A stretch of DNA of 64,000 nucleotides from an uncultured delta proteobacterium (GTDB lineage Bacteria; Desulfobacterota; Desulfobacteria; Desulfobacterales; JAFDCJ01): positions 215,621 through 279,620 of the forward strand of contig CAVYNY010000032.1 of assembly GCA_963769935.1 (NCBI GenBank), read 5' to 3'. Below the pieces are notes generated by a model that saw only the letters and a program-made list of their open reading frames with translations, was not told where the DNA came from and ran no database searches. Every line of letters begins with the position of its first letter. Position 1 is the stretch's first letter. The position numbers were made by a program, and so were the translations under genes. Below are positions 53,132 through 63,081 of this stretch, in pieces.

Positions 53132-54526
53132 GTGATGAAGCAAGTAATAAGAGAGTATGGAAAGGGTTTGCCCATCTTTATCTGCATTTTGTTCAGCGTT
53201 GGGACGCAAGTCTTGGCTCAAGAATATGAAAAAGAAACCTATATGCCCGTTGTCATAAAGGAGGATTTTCAGACGACTATGGCCCGGGATAAGGCCGAAA
53301 AGGACAGGTTCATGAAGCGGCAGATGGACTTACTCGAGGAGCGTTACGATCTAAGCAGTCGACCTGCTGATGGGCTGCTAATGTGAGGAGGAAGAAAGCC
53401 TATCCAGGAGGGAGTGCGTGTCAGACTGCCTGCGGGCATGACCTGGGATAAGCTGGCGATGATGTCTCCCGAAGAGATCCGGGAAAAGGATTTGTTTCCA
53501 GAGGGGTTTTTGCCGTTGCCCCATGTAAAGCACAAGACAGGCGGTCAGGTCTTTCCCGCAAACCACATTGACGGAATAATGAAGATGGAAAAACGATCCC
53601 TGGAACGTTTTGATGTGGAATTTGACCTTCCGGATCATTTTATTCCGGAGTTCCCGCCTCCCATGTATCTGACGACCCACCCGGAGCTCGGAGATGTTTC
53701 GCAAGGAAAGCTTCTCAGTATCAAGAACTACTATGAAATCATGCTCGGAATCATCACACCGGTTCAAATGGAAGGCCTGAGGCTGCTTCTGACGCCTTTT
53801 CCTCAGCAGCAGTTTAACCAGACCGAAGACAGGAAAAGTGAAGAGCCAAGCTTCGGCGTTACCTGCTTTGATTGCCACACCAACGGCGCTTTTCATCTTA
53901 ATCCGGACACGCGCCCCCAGGCCCCCCGCCTGAGACTCGACACCGTAAGCCTGCGAGGGATGTACAACCAGCAGATTCACGGCTCTAAACGGTCGCTCAG
54001 GTCCGTTGAAGACTTCACGGAGTTCGAGCAACGATCGGCTTACTTTGACGGTGATCATGTGATCGCCGCTAAAAAAGGTGTAAATTTGCCCGATCGCGCC
54101 AGCCAGGTGGCCCTTATGGCTCAGTTTCAGAATATGCTGGATTTTCCACCGGCGCCCAAACTGAATGAGTTCGGCAAGCTCGACCCGGCAAAAGCAAATA
54201 AAGAAGAATTTTTCGGTCAAGAGGTATTCTTCGGCAAAGGCCAGTGTGCGGCTTGTCATCCAGCGTCTTTCTACCTTGATGACAAGATGCATGATCTTAA
54301 GGTCAGCCGCTTTTACAATCCGAGGATGAGCAACGGAAAGTGGATCACCGGTGTGGGACCCATCAAGACATTTACCCTGCGTGGGATCAAAGATTCGCCT
54401 CCTTATCTGCATGACGGGCGCTGTCTAACCCTTGAAGACACTGTTGAATTCTTCAACCTTGTTACTCGCTTGAACCTGACTAAAGAAGAGAAAAAGGCCC
54501 TAGTAGCATTTATGCGATGCCTGTAG
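53132..54526 (+). pseudogene. Di-haem cytochrome c peroxidase-like protein with an in-frame TGA at 53384-53386
   Basis: ORFs 53132 and 53414 are in frame; CFDCH and CAACH haem motifs; LRGIKDSPPYLHDG. Confidence 0.82.
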
Positions 54527-54650
54527 CGGCAGTTATCAATGAGTGCCGGAAGGATCCCGGCCTTCACATTGGTTGATATTGCATGAGGGAAAATAGATAC
54601 TTACTTAACTGCCTCTGCGATCTTATGAAAATACATTATTGGGGGTATTT

Positions 54651-54997
54651 ATGAAAAAACTGGCCCTGTTTGCTTTTAACGGCGACTCTCTTTGCTTTGT
54701 CCATGTTCTCTTGAATGCTGTCGACCTGAGAGAAAAGGGCATGAAGTCAAGATCGTCATGGAAGGATCAGCCACAGGGCTGATTCCGACGATAGCGGAAG
54801 AGGGCAATCCTTTGTTTTTGCTTTACAGTAAGGCAAAAGAACAAAATCTAATCGCTGGGGCCTGCAGAGCCTGCTCGTCGAAAATGAAAGTCACCGCAGC
54901 GGTTGAAAAGGAGGGATTGCCGTTTTTAGACGAGATGTCAGGACATCCCAGTATGAGCCGATACCTAAATGATGGTTACAAAATAATCGTTTTTTAG
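54651..54997 (+). pseudogene. DsrE-family protein with a frameshift near 54737
   Basis: MKKLALFAFNGDSLCFVHVLLNA, then GHEVKIVMEGSAT..ACRACS..GHPSM. Confidence 0.8.
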
Positions 54998-55037
54998 GGA
55001 TAATATAAAAATCTTTAAGGAGAAAGGAACAGAAACC

Positions 55038-55346
55038 TTGCCTGAATTTGGATCCCCTTTTGCCGGGCTGGCCAAGGACAGAAAGCTTACCCATAAAGAA
55101 TTGATACGCGCGATTCGATTTATGATCGCCGCCGAGTACGAGGCCATCCAGCTTTACATGCAGTTGGCAGAATCCACCGATCATGAATTGGCAATAGAAG
55201 TGCTGAAAGACATAGCCGACGAAGAGCGGGTTCACGCCGGTGAATTTCTCAGACTTTTACATGCACTGGCTCCGGATGAAGAAAAATTTTATAACGAGGG
55301 CATTGAAGAGGTAAATGCGATAATTAAAAAGTTAGGATCAGAGTAA
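55038..55346 (+). CDS. Ferritin-like/rubrerythrin-type protein
   Basis: AAEYEAIQLY, DIADEERVHAGEF diiron motifs. Confidence 0.88.
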   Translation: MPEFGSPFAGLAKDRKLTHKELIRAIRFMIAAEYEAIQLYMQLAESTDHELAIEVLKDIADEERVHAGEFLRLLHALAPDEEKFYNEGIEEVNAIIKKLGSE

Positions 55347-55602
55347 TGATCATTTCGATATTTAGATAGCGACCGAAGCCGCCGGTGATCTGAATCCGGT
55401 CCACCCGATAACGCAACTTTTTTTTCAATCCACGATTGAGCCGATCCAGATCGCTGACGGAATCAGCAAGGCTCGGCGGATCGAGATCAAGGGCGATTTC
55501 AGTCAGCACAGGCGTGATTTCACCGGCGGTTCCCTGCAATTGTTCGCTGGCCTCTTTGGCCATCCCGACAATTAAAAATGACACCTTGCGGGTTTGCAGC
55601 TC

Positions 55603-55797
55603 TTAAGCTGCAGCGCTATCCGCGTCCAGCAGCTTTTGGCCGCCCATTTTTTCCAGAAACCAGATAGGGCATGATGAGCGAAATTTGCAATACAGCTCAG
55701 GGTCCTGGCATTTCAGGCATTCCTCGCACAGGTACCGATCATGTTTCATACATAAAAAGCGGGTTTCGATCTCGGGATGGCAGGCACATGCGCCCAT
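55603..55797 (-). CDS. Small Cys/His-rich protein
   Basis: MGACACHPE..CMKH..LCEEC..C..YCKFRSSCPIW; GGAG RBS. Confidence 0.75.
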   Translation of the reverse strand: MGACACHPEIETRFLCMKHDRYLCEECLKCQDPELYCKFRSSCPIWFLEKMGGQKLLDADSAAA

Positions 55798-56035
55798 AAA
55801 TAAGGTCTCCTCTCGATTCCGATGCTGATCGGCTGTCGGCACCAAATTTAGGCTCTGGCTGCAGCCATGATTTGTTCGCGGGCACCGGCAGTAATTGAGG
55901 ACTTATTTCCTATATGTGATGGATCGATTTCTTTGCCCGATCGAGCCCTATCACTTTCGATATACTGCTCTGCGGCCGTGGCGGCAATGGCGGCATTGCC
56001 TACCGGAATAATTTTCTTAGATCGGCGGTTGCCAT

Positions 56036-56138
56036 CGGATAATAAATCGACCCTGCAGGCCGATTCCCACAGGGCCGATTTACCGCTGATAGGGGCGTGA
56101 GGTACAAATGGAGGTAAATGCCAATTTCTAACCCCTGT
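56036..56138 (-). ncRNA. Candidate sigma54-dependent small RNA, copy 2
   Basis: Conserved with 49312-49417; 17-bp 3' hairpin. Confidence 0.5.
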
Positions 56139-56148
56139 GAAATGAAAA

Positions 56149-56165
56149 AGCAAAATTAGTGCCAA
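56149..56165 (-). promoter_or_regulatory. Sigma54 promoter
   Basis: TTGGCACTAATTTTGCT, near consensus. Confidence 0.8.
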
Positions 56166-56244
56166 AACTTAGTGGTTGATTGTTTTCCACGCCGTAATTC
56201 CATATTTTTTCATACGACTCCAAACCGCGATGCTTTTGAGGGCC

Positions 56245-56442
56245 TTAATCAGTCCTTTTGCCGGCCAGTACAAAGCGGCCGTCCAGCAGATCAGCGGATT
56301 GGATACTGCCCTCAACAAATTTTTTTTCCCCGAATAAATTGATGAGCCAAAATCCCTGACCTTCGGCCTCTATGCGAGCGATGTCTTTCATGATTTCCTT
56401 TTGTTCATTTCCTGAATTCATATATGCGGTGCTCAAGCACAT
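56245..56442 (-). CDS. CooT-family nickel-binding protein
   Basis: MCLSTAY..IMKDI..LFGE. Confidence 0.88.
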   Translation of the reverse strand: MCLSTAYMNSGNEQKEIMKDIARIEAEGQGFWLINLFGEKKFVEGSIQSADLLDGRFVLAGKRTD

Positions 56443-56463
56443 GGCTTCCTCCTGATGCATATT

Positions 56464-57417
56464 TTATAGTTTCTTTCCTTTGGCTTCCCTGCCTGTGGCG
56501 GCGTAATACACCGTGTTTTTTTTACGCTCGGCGCGGATTTGATTCGTGCGCATCAAAATGCCGAGGTATTTTGATACCTCATTCAGATGCATACCGAATA
56601 TATCCGCTATCTGTTGCGCGGTGCAGGGTCGCCGCTGCAGCATGGAAAAAATTGTTGCCTGGTTTGCCTGTATATGGTTGGCATGCGTGGCCCTGAACTC
56701 TGCAATAATTTCTGCCGGCGGGTCAAAAAGAAGGGGCAGGGCCTGCATGCTTTCTTCGGACAGGGCCGTGGCATAATCCTCGGCCGGCGGTCGAACAGCG
56801 GTATTCAACTGGATGCGGTCCGGGCCGATCTCCTTGGCATGGTCGGCGATTTTGCCGACATCAGCCGGCATTGAATTCATCCCGGCGATTAGGAAGACCT
56901 CCATCCAAAGCTGTCCCTTGAATTGCGCCCGAAAGTCTATTTGTCCCTGGACAAGTTGATCAAACTGCAACTGGTTATGAGGACGGTTCACCCACTGGTA
57001 GGAAGCCTGATTCCAGGCGCTCAAAGAGACCTTCACCACGTTGGCACCGGCAGCCGCTTTCCGCACTTCCGGCAATTGCAGCATTGTTCCGTTGGTCAGG
57101 AGAACAGCGGGAATGGCGGTTTTCGAGCGAATGAACTCAAGAACTTTCCCGAAGCCCGAATGCAATGTCGGTTCTCCGGAACCGGAAAGGGTGATATAGT
57201 CCGCTTGACCGTCTGTTTCAAGCCACTCTGCCAATTCGGCCAGGACGTTGTCTGTTGGGACATATTCTTGCCGGGTTACCGTCTTTGCCGTGGTTCGTCC
57301 CAACTGGCAAAAAACACAATCCAGACTGCATGTCTTATAAGGGGTCAGATCAACACCCAGCGACCGGCCGAACCGGCGCGACGGCACCGGGCCAAACAGA
57401 TATTTATAATTCCCCAT
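56464..57417 (-). CDS. Radical SAM protein
   Basis: FGPVPSRRFGRSLG, CSLDCVFC, SGSGEPTL. Confidence 0.93.
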   Translation of the reverse strand: MGNYKYLFGPVPSRRFGRSLGVDLTPYKTCSLDCVFCQLGRTTAKTVTRQEYVPTDNVLAELAEWLETDGQADYITLSGSGEPTLHSGFGKVLEFIRSKTAIPAVLLTNGTMLQLPEVRKAAAGANVVKVSLSAWNQASYQWVNRPHNQLQFDQLVQGQIDFRAQFKGQLWMEVFLIAGMNSMPADVGKIADHAKEIGPDRIQLNTAVRPPAEDYATALSEESMQALPLLFDPPAEIIAEFRATHANHIQANQATIFSMLQRRPCTAQQIADIFGMHLNEVSKYLGILMRTNQIRAERKKNTVYYAATGREAKGKKL

Positions 57418-57511
57418 TGGTCGGTTTTCCTTTATCTTGATTTATCTCCCCGGTCGAAGTGTTTTTCATCCGACCGGCAGGCCGGGTTTGGCCGGACTTC
57501 ATGTAATTATC

Positions 57512-57528
57512 TGCATAATTAGTGCCAT
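57512..57528 (-). promoter_or_regulatory. Sigma54 promoter
   Basis: ATGGCACTAATTATGCA, upstream of the radical SAM-cooT genes. Confidence 0.75.
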
Positions 57529-58029
57529 CGTTTGTTCCAAGGCTCAAAGGCGCCGGTGGGTTCTTGTGGAAATACAAATTATAATAAAAACTAATGAATC
57601 ATACAGAATGATTCCCTAAAGCACAATGATTCCATAAAGAATTGATGAACTAAGGCGGAAAGGGTGAACGGCTGCGCCGGTAACAACCCAGATAAAGTAA
57701 CGTTACAGTAACGCTTAATAAAATTACAGAAAGACCCCACCCTGTCGGTCACAAGCCATGGAATATCGGGTATTACAGGAAAGGGAAACCAAAAGGATAG
57801 GTGAATCCAAGAGCCGTGAGATAGACAGGTGTTGAAAGGTAAGGCGCTGAATGCAGGATGGATGTTGTGAGTTGACGGTTGTCAGTTGTGGACAATAAAG
57901 ATGACGCGCTACATATCATTTCTCTTCGATGAGTGGGATATAATTCCACGCAATTTTTTTGCAACCAACCCCGGACAAAGAACGACTGACACCTGATCAA
58001 TCTTTAATACCTGGATCAAAGCTACGGAT

Positions 58030-58448
58030 ATTTGACGAGATTTGACGTGGTAAAATAAAAAAGGCTTTCAGCACAACTGCCTGAAAGCCTTGATTTTATT
58101 GGTGGGCCGTGTTGGAATCGAACCAACAACCTACTGATTAAGAGTCAGGTGCTCTGCCTAGTTGAGCTAACGGCCCATGCGCATCTCATTTTTAATAACG
58201 GCGTTTGGTACCAACTTTGCAGCCATATGTCAAATTTTTTTTTGAATGTGCGCGATAAAAGTTTGTTGTATGTGGTCGGTTGTCCCTTGTTAAAAAAATC
58301 GCTGTGCCAAAAGCGCTGCGTGCAGTGAGCACTTCGTTTTAGGAGCGCTGCGCTTGAGGCAAAAAAGGATTAATCCATTTTAAAATGTAAGATGCGCCTA
58401 AATTTACGCGTTTTTCAACCACCGCAATTGTTTCGTCTGCCAAATTTC
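58030..58448. repeat. 419-bp direct repeat, left copy
   Basis: Near-identical to 63527-63945; contains tRNA, promoter and hairpin. Confidence 0.95.
58100..58176 (-). tRNA. tRNA-Lys(CTT)
   Basis: GGGCCGTTAGCTCAACTAGGCAGAGCACCTGACTCTTAATCAG...TTCGATTCCAACACGGCCCACCA. Confidence 0.96.
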
Positions 58449-59030
58449 TATGGCACCTACAGAATCTCTGAATGATCGCATACACCATTCGGTAGTGTCC
58501 TAATTTGGGAAAGAAATAAAGGAATGATAAAAATCAATCAAGATTAAGAGTTTGCAAAAGAATCAATGCTTGGAGAAATTCCAGCTTCATAATACTGTGC
58601 ATTTCTATTGAGATAGAGGGAGATTTGCGTATCGTTTTTCTGTTTTTAGTAGTTTCTTGTATTTTGAATTACATAATTTACATACATATTTAAATCCGTT
58701 TCTTTTGTCATTTATTTTTTTAAGCAAATCGGACCGTTGTATATTCAAACTTCGTTAAATCACAATAACAAACTTTATTAAATTTAGATTTAAAAGTGGA
58801 ATCAATGTTTCCATATCAGATAGCGTGTAAAGAGATGGTACAATATTTTTTACACGCATCTTTTCGTGTAGTCAAAACATGAAAAAAATAATTATCAAGC
58901 AAATAATTACCCGCAAGCTTATATTTAGGTTCCTAATTTTATTAGTATAATTGTCTTGTGATTTTTTATCGTAATAAACTTGCTGTTTCAGATTATTTTT
59001 TGCAAGATGTTATCTGGTAGAATCGATTTA

Positions 59031-59502
59031 TTAGAAATTTAAATCAAGAGGTCTTATTTAAACCGACTTATTTTTTAAGGTAGCTCCTATTTTTTTCATT
59101 GGTTTCGTGCGATAAGCTAATTCTGTTAGGGCTTTGTTCCATATCCTTCAAAACTTTCTAGCACCTCATTAATGATTTCTTTTTCTTCTTCCGATATTTT
59201 ATTAAAAGGAATATTATTTTTTTTGCTTATACTGTAGATTATAAATTCGTCCCCGGTATTGGATATGTTTGCGCCCTCTTTAATAATACCTTTTTTTTCC
59301 AAATCATCTAAATATTTATATATTTTTTTATCAAAAGGACCGTAATGATAACGAACATATTTGAAATCTGTTATTTTATTCATCCCCTTAGGATGGCGAC
59401 AAGATCCACAAGGTAGGATAATTTCATCAAGCTGGTAACTGATACATCGGGATGATTTTTGATGATATAAGTTAATGTCTGAAGGGTTTTCAATTGAGGC
59501 AT
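59031..59502 (-). pseudogene. Panacea/DUF4065 (SocA-like) antitoxin, frameshifted
   Basis: TSLMKLSYLVD, ITDFKYVRYHYGPF, EEEKEIINEVLE..LTELAY..PM across frames. Confidence 0.75.
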
Positions 59503-59574
59503 CTTGATATTCCCTGTAGTGTTAAATTATTGGGAATGTACCGAAACAAGGGTGTTTTGTCAAGATGCTAATTT

Positions 59575-60396
59575 TTAAATTGAAAGTTCAATCAAATCTC
59601 CAATTGTCCACAGTCTATTATCAACTTTGGCTTCCATTGCCGGTGTCACATCCAAAGTTTTATGAATCCTCACAAAATTATAATGAGCAAAATGCAATGC
59701 AACAGCAGCTTTCAGGTTTTCAAGCTTTTTACTAAAAGCATTCGTTAATCTTGTGAATCGCCGCATTGACATTCTCATGGTTAAATTTTGACGTTCAACA
59801 TAGGAAGTGGAAATATCTTTATAATTTGGATTACCAACAATAACGTTTTTTTCGACATCGACGACTTTGGGTGGGCTGTACCTACCGGGTCCAATCGCTT
59901 CCGCTTCATATGACTTTACAATCTGACCATAATCAACATTATCACCAAACCCACCTTCAACAGCATCAACATAATGGCAAGCATATCAGAGCTTAATTGA
60001 ATTCTATTAGAAAGCCGAGATGATAAATCATCTATGAATTGATGTTGCCATATCAATATCACGTTTTCCGACTTTATGTGTAGGAACCAATTTAGAATCG
60101 GCATCAATGGCAACCCATGTCCAGAAATCACCACATTGATTAATATCATCTGTTGGTTTTAAATGGCGCTGTTTCTTTCCGACATAACACCATATTTCAT
60201 CGACCTGGATCTTTTTGCATTTCAGATTCACCATTTTTTCATCCATGAATTTTTGACAGGCATTGCCGACATGAACCATCAAGCGTAGTAATTGTATCCC
60301 TATGAACGCCTGTCATTCTTTCAGTGGATCTAACAGAACATCCCTCGACAATGCCGAAATAACCATTTCTTGTTTGTGGGATTTTAATTTATTCAT
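59575..60396 (-). pseudogene. IS1-family DDE transposase with several frameshifts
   Basis: HTH (EGCSVRSTERMTGVH), IQVDEIW, WTWVAIDADSKL, LSSD, STSYVERQNLTMR..RRFTRLTNAFSKK. Confidence 0.9.
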
Positions 60397-60436
60397 TGCA
60401 ATATCCTTAAAATGTATTATATTATTAAAATGAGTT

Positions 60437-60509
60437 TAGTGGAGCCACCGGGAATTGAACCCGAGCAATCGGGTGTAAACCCCAACTACAAGCGCCCAAC
60501 TTTGCCCCC
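60437..60509 (-). ncRNA. Candidate tRNA-like RNA resembling the tmRNA tRNA-like domain
   Basis: GGGGC..GCTCC-ACTA acceptor with G3.U70, T-arm GGGTTCAATTCCC, 9-bp central stem. Confidence 0.5.
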
Positions 60510-60656
60510 ACAGTTTTATTTAAAGGGGAAACAGGTTGAGCCACCAACTTGATTCCCCTTTTTTATTAGCATGTTATTGTTTTCATGGTATATATAATAA
60601 TTTTATTATATTCTGTCAAGAAAAAAAGCTTGCAAATATAATATTTTTGTTATATT

Positions 60657-61035
60657 ATGTGGTCAAATATTCAACTCTACGATTATATTAACCAAAACGG
60701 AAAAAATATTGTAAAAGAATGGGGATTGTCTTTCGAGAAAAGATTTCGAGGAAAATTAGATAGTAAGGTTGATATGCTATTAATCGCTGGCGCCAATCTT
60801 CGCCTAAATTATTGCGAGATTTACTAAATGTAAACATATTAAAGAATTAGCTGTTAATGGTACTATAGCACTTAGATTAATGTTATGCCGTGGTCCTTAT
60901 AATATGATTAAAGAATTCACATTTTTACTTGGAGCAATCGAGAAAGATAGAAAATATATTCCATCTAATGCCCCCAAAAGGCAGATAAAAATAGAAATAA
61001 TCTGATGAATGGGAACGGAGGAAGATGTAAAACAT
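60657..61035 (+). pseudogene. RelE/Gp49-like toxin, frameshifted
   Basis: LYDYINQNGKNIVKEW..HIKEL..ALRLMLCRGP..FTFLLGAIEK; upstream of the XRE gene. Confidence 0.55.
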
Positions 61036-61501
61036 GAAAGATTTAATCAATAGTCTCATCAATAATTTTAAAGATAAGGATTATCGACATGGATATGCTG
61101 ATGAATTTTTAAATGCGAGTATAGCAACTCAAATCAAGGTCTTGAGAGAACAGCGGGGATGGAATCAGAAAGATCTAGCCGATAATACCAATATGAAACA
61201 ACCAAGAATATCCATATTAGAAAATGTTAATTATTCTTCATGGAATATAAAAACATTGAGGCGATTGGCCGAGGCGTTTGATTTAACATTATGTGTGTAT
61301 TTTGAAAGTTTTGGCAAAAGACTGGATGATATAATTAAATTTAGTCGGGAAAATCTTGAACGGCTATCATTTGATGAAGATCCAGCTTTTAAAGATGATA
61401 ATGATCAAATAAAAGCTACTATAAATAATGCATTATTGGCGACTAATGAAGAAATAAATAATAATAATAGTTTTGGCGAGGGACCCATAGATCTTTTCTA
61501 A
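61034..61501 (+). CDS. XRE/HigA-like HTH protein
   Basis: QIKVLREQRGWNQKDLA..MKQPRISILE..TLRRLAEAFD. Confidence 0.88.
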   Translation: MKDLINSLINNFKDKDYRHGYADEFLNASIATQIKVLREQRGWNQKDLADNTNMKQPRISILENVNYSSWNIKTLRRLAEAFDLTLCVYFESFGKRLDDIIKFSRENLERLSFDEDPAFKDDNDQIKATINNALLATNEEINNNNSFGEGPIDLF

Positions 61502-61604
61502 GTATCGTGACAAGGAAAAGATAAATTCTATAAAGAGATTTTTAGAACAAGAAAATGCCAATAAAGATATTAAACAATTTGCAATGAAATGAAAGGTCAT
61601 TAAT

Positions 61605-62260
61605 ATGGATTTAATATCAGTTATGAAGGCACGTTCTGTTTGGTTAATACGAATAGTAGATTTAAACCCAAAAGGTTTATATTTAATTAATTTAGGAAAG
61701 GCAATTTCAGAAAGATACCATTTTTTAACAATCCCTAAAAAAGAAGATATTGAACAAGAAAGAACTAAAGTTTTCTAAGGGCATGTTCATCAATAATCAG
61801 CAAATTCAAATAGGTGTTGGCTTGAGCAGCTTTCAATGATGGATTAGTGGTCGATACACGATCGTCAACAACTGATTCAGATGCATTTCTTGTTGATCTA
61901 CTTGATTGGGCATCTGATAAATGTGAACTTGTTCCTTACGAAAATATACTATCAAAGAGGATGTATTATAGTGAATTATTCGTAAAAACAGATAAAACGT
62001 TAAGCCTGCTCAATCCGAAGCTAACTGATCTAAAAAAAATCTTGATAATTCAATTCCGTGGAAAGTAAATCCAGAAAACCCAATTAAAACAGCGGGTATT
62101 ATAATGGCCTCAGATCCATCCTTACAAAATGCTCCTGGCATGTTCATTTTGAAAGAGCTGCAAATACTCCATTTTCAGAAAATAGATATTATTCTGCAGC
62201 ACCCTTGCAAACAGAAAAGCATTCGAACTTTTAAACAAATTCGAAAAAATATTATCATAA
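61605..62260 (+). pseudogene. Hypothetical passenger gene, frameshifted
   Basis: Starts MDLISVMKARSVWL; coding fragments continue to ..RYYSAAPLQTEKH..KFEKILS*. Confidence 0.5.
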
Positions 62261-62560
62261 ATGAAAACAGAAATAAAAACCGCAATATTAAATCTCCATA
62301 AATGCAAGTCAAAATGGATAGAATCAGTTCCAGTTAAAGAAACCTTCCAAGGTCAAACTGTATGGGAAGGAATTGTTCAAGTATTTGATTTGATAGATCA
62401 CCCAACAGCTAAAAAATGCTATGCATGGTCATATGAAACGGTGATTCAGGGAAAAGAAAGTTTGTTGCGGTATTGCATCAAGATCCGGTTAAATCACCGG
62501 AAGATGCTGTGAGGGCATTTATTGTTAGTGAATATAAAACCAAAAAGGGGATAGAAATAA
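62261..62560 (+). pseudogene. Hypothetical passenger gene with a frameshift near 62440
   Basis: ESVPVKETFQGQTVWEGIVQVFDL..CYAWS, then FVAVLHQDPVKSPEDAVRA. Confidence 0.65.
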
Positions 62561-62805
62561 TGGCCAATAAAAAAAGAACGTCAAAGATCATCGCATCGTT
62601 GTCCGCAAAAATCCTTCAAGATGATAATGCATCAAATATACAAAAACAATTGGCCGCTTCGGCCCTCGCTCAATCACGCACAAAAAAACAAACAGGCGCA
62701 GAGATGGAAGATATCGCTTCAAGGGTATTAAAAAGTAAAAAATATAGTAACGAAACAAAAAGCCTTGCAGCTTCAGTCTTATCTCAATCTGTTAAAGATA
62801 GATAG
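62560..62805 (+). CDS. Small basic protein with two internal repeats
   Basis: KRTSKIIASLSAKIL..KQLAASALAQ / KQTGAEMEDIASRVL..KSLAASVLSQ. Confidence 0.75.
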   Translation: MANKKRTSKIIASLSAKILQDDNASNIQKQLAASALAQSRTKKQTGAEMEDIASRVLKSKKYSNETKSLAASVLSQSVKDR

Positions 62806-62808
62806 AAT

Positions 62809-63081
62809 TTAACATTCTATAAGATCTGTTGTTTTTAATATGCTGCGCGCAGGTATATGAATAACGCCAGAAACTTGTAATGCGTCTCCATTTATATCAC
62901 CCATATTTGGCGCAAGCGATTTCACATCATCATCATCACAAATAAGAAATCCAACAGATGCACATAATATAGGATCCGTTTTTTTATAATTACTCAAATA
63001 TTGCCATTCTGGCGATGGCCTTACACTATCAAGCCATTCGATCATCACCAACCTAACGTCAACTTTTTTTTTATTTTTCAT
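62809..63081 (-). CDS. Hypothetical protein
   Basis: Intact 90-aa ORF (LVMIEWLDS..CASVGFL) just inside the right IR. Confidence 0.7.
   Translation of the reverse strand: MKNKKKVDVRLVMIEWLDSVRPSPEWQYLSNYKKTDPILCASVGFLICDDDDVKSLAPNMGDINGDALQVSGVIHIPARSILKTTDLIEC

Noticed and set aside
53378..54412. 344-aa minus-strand ORF and other long antisense ORFs (e.g. 36324-37163, 31282-31923)
   Set aside because: They are shadows of well-supported genes on the opposite strand.
60437..60509. Ochre suppressor tRNA (TTA at the centre of the 7-nt loop)
   Set aside because: There is no D-stem, the central stem is over-long, the loop-flanking bases are non-canonical and there is no variable loop, so it is not a standard decoding tRNA.
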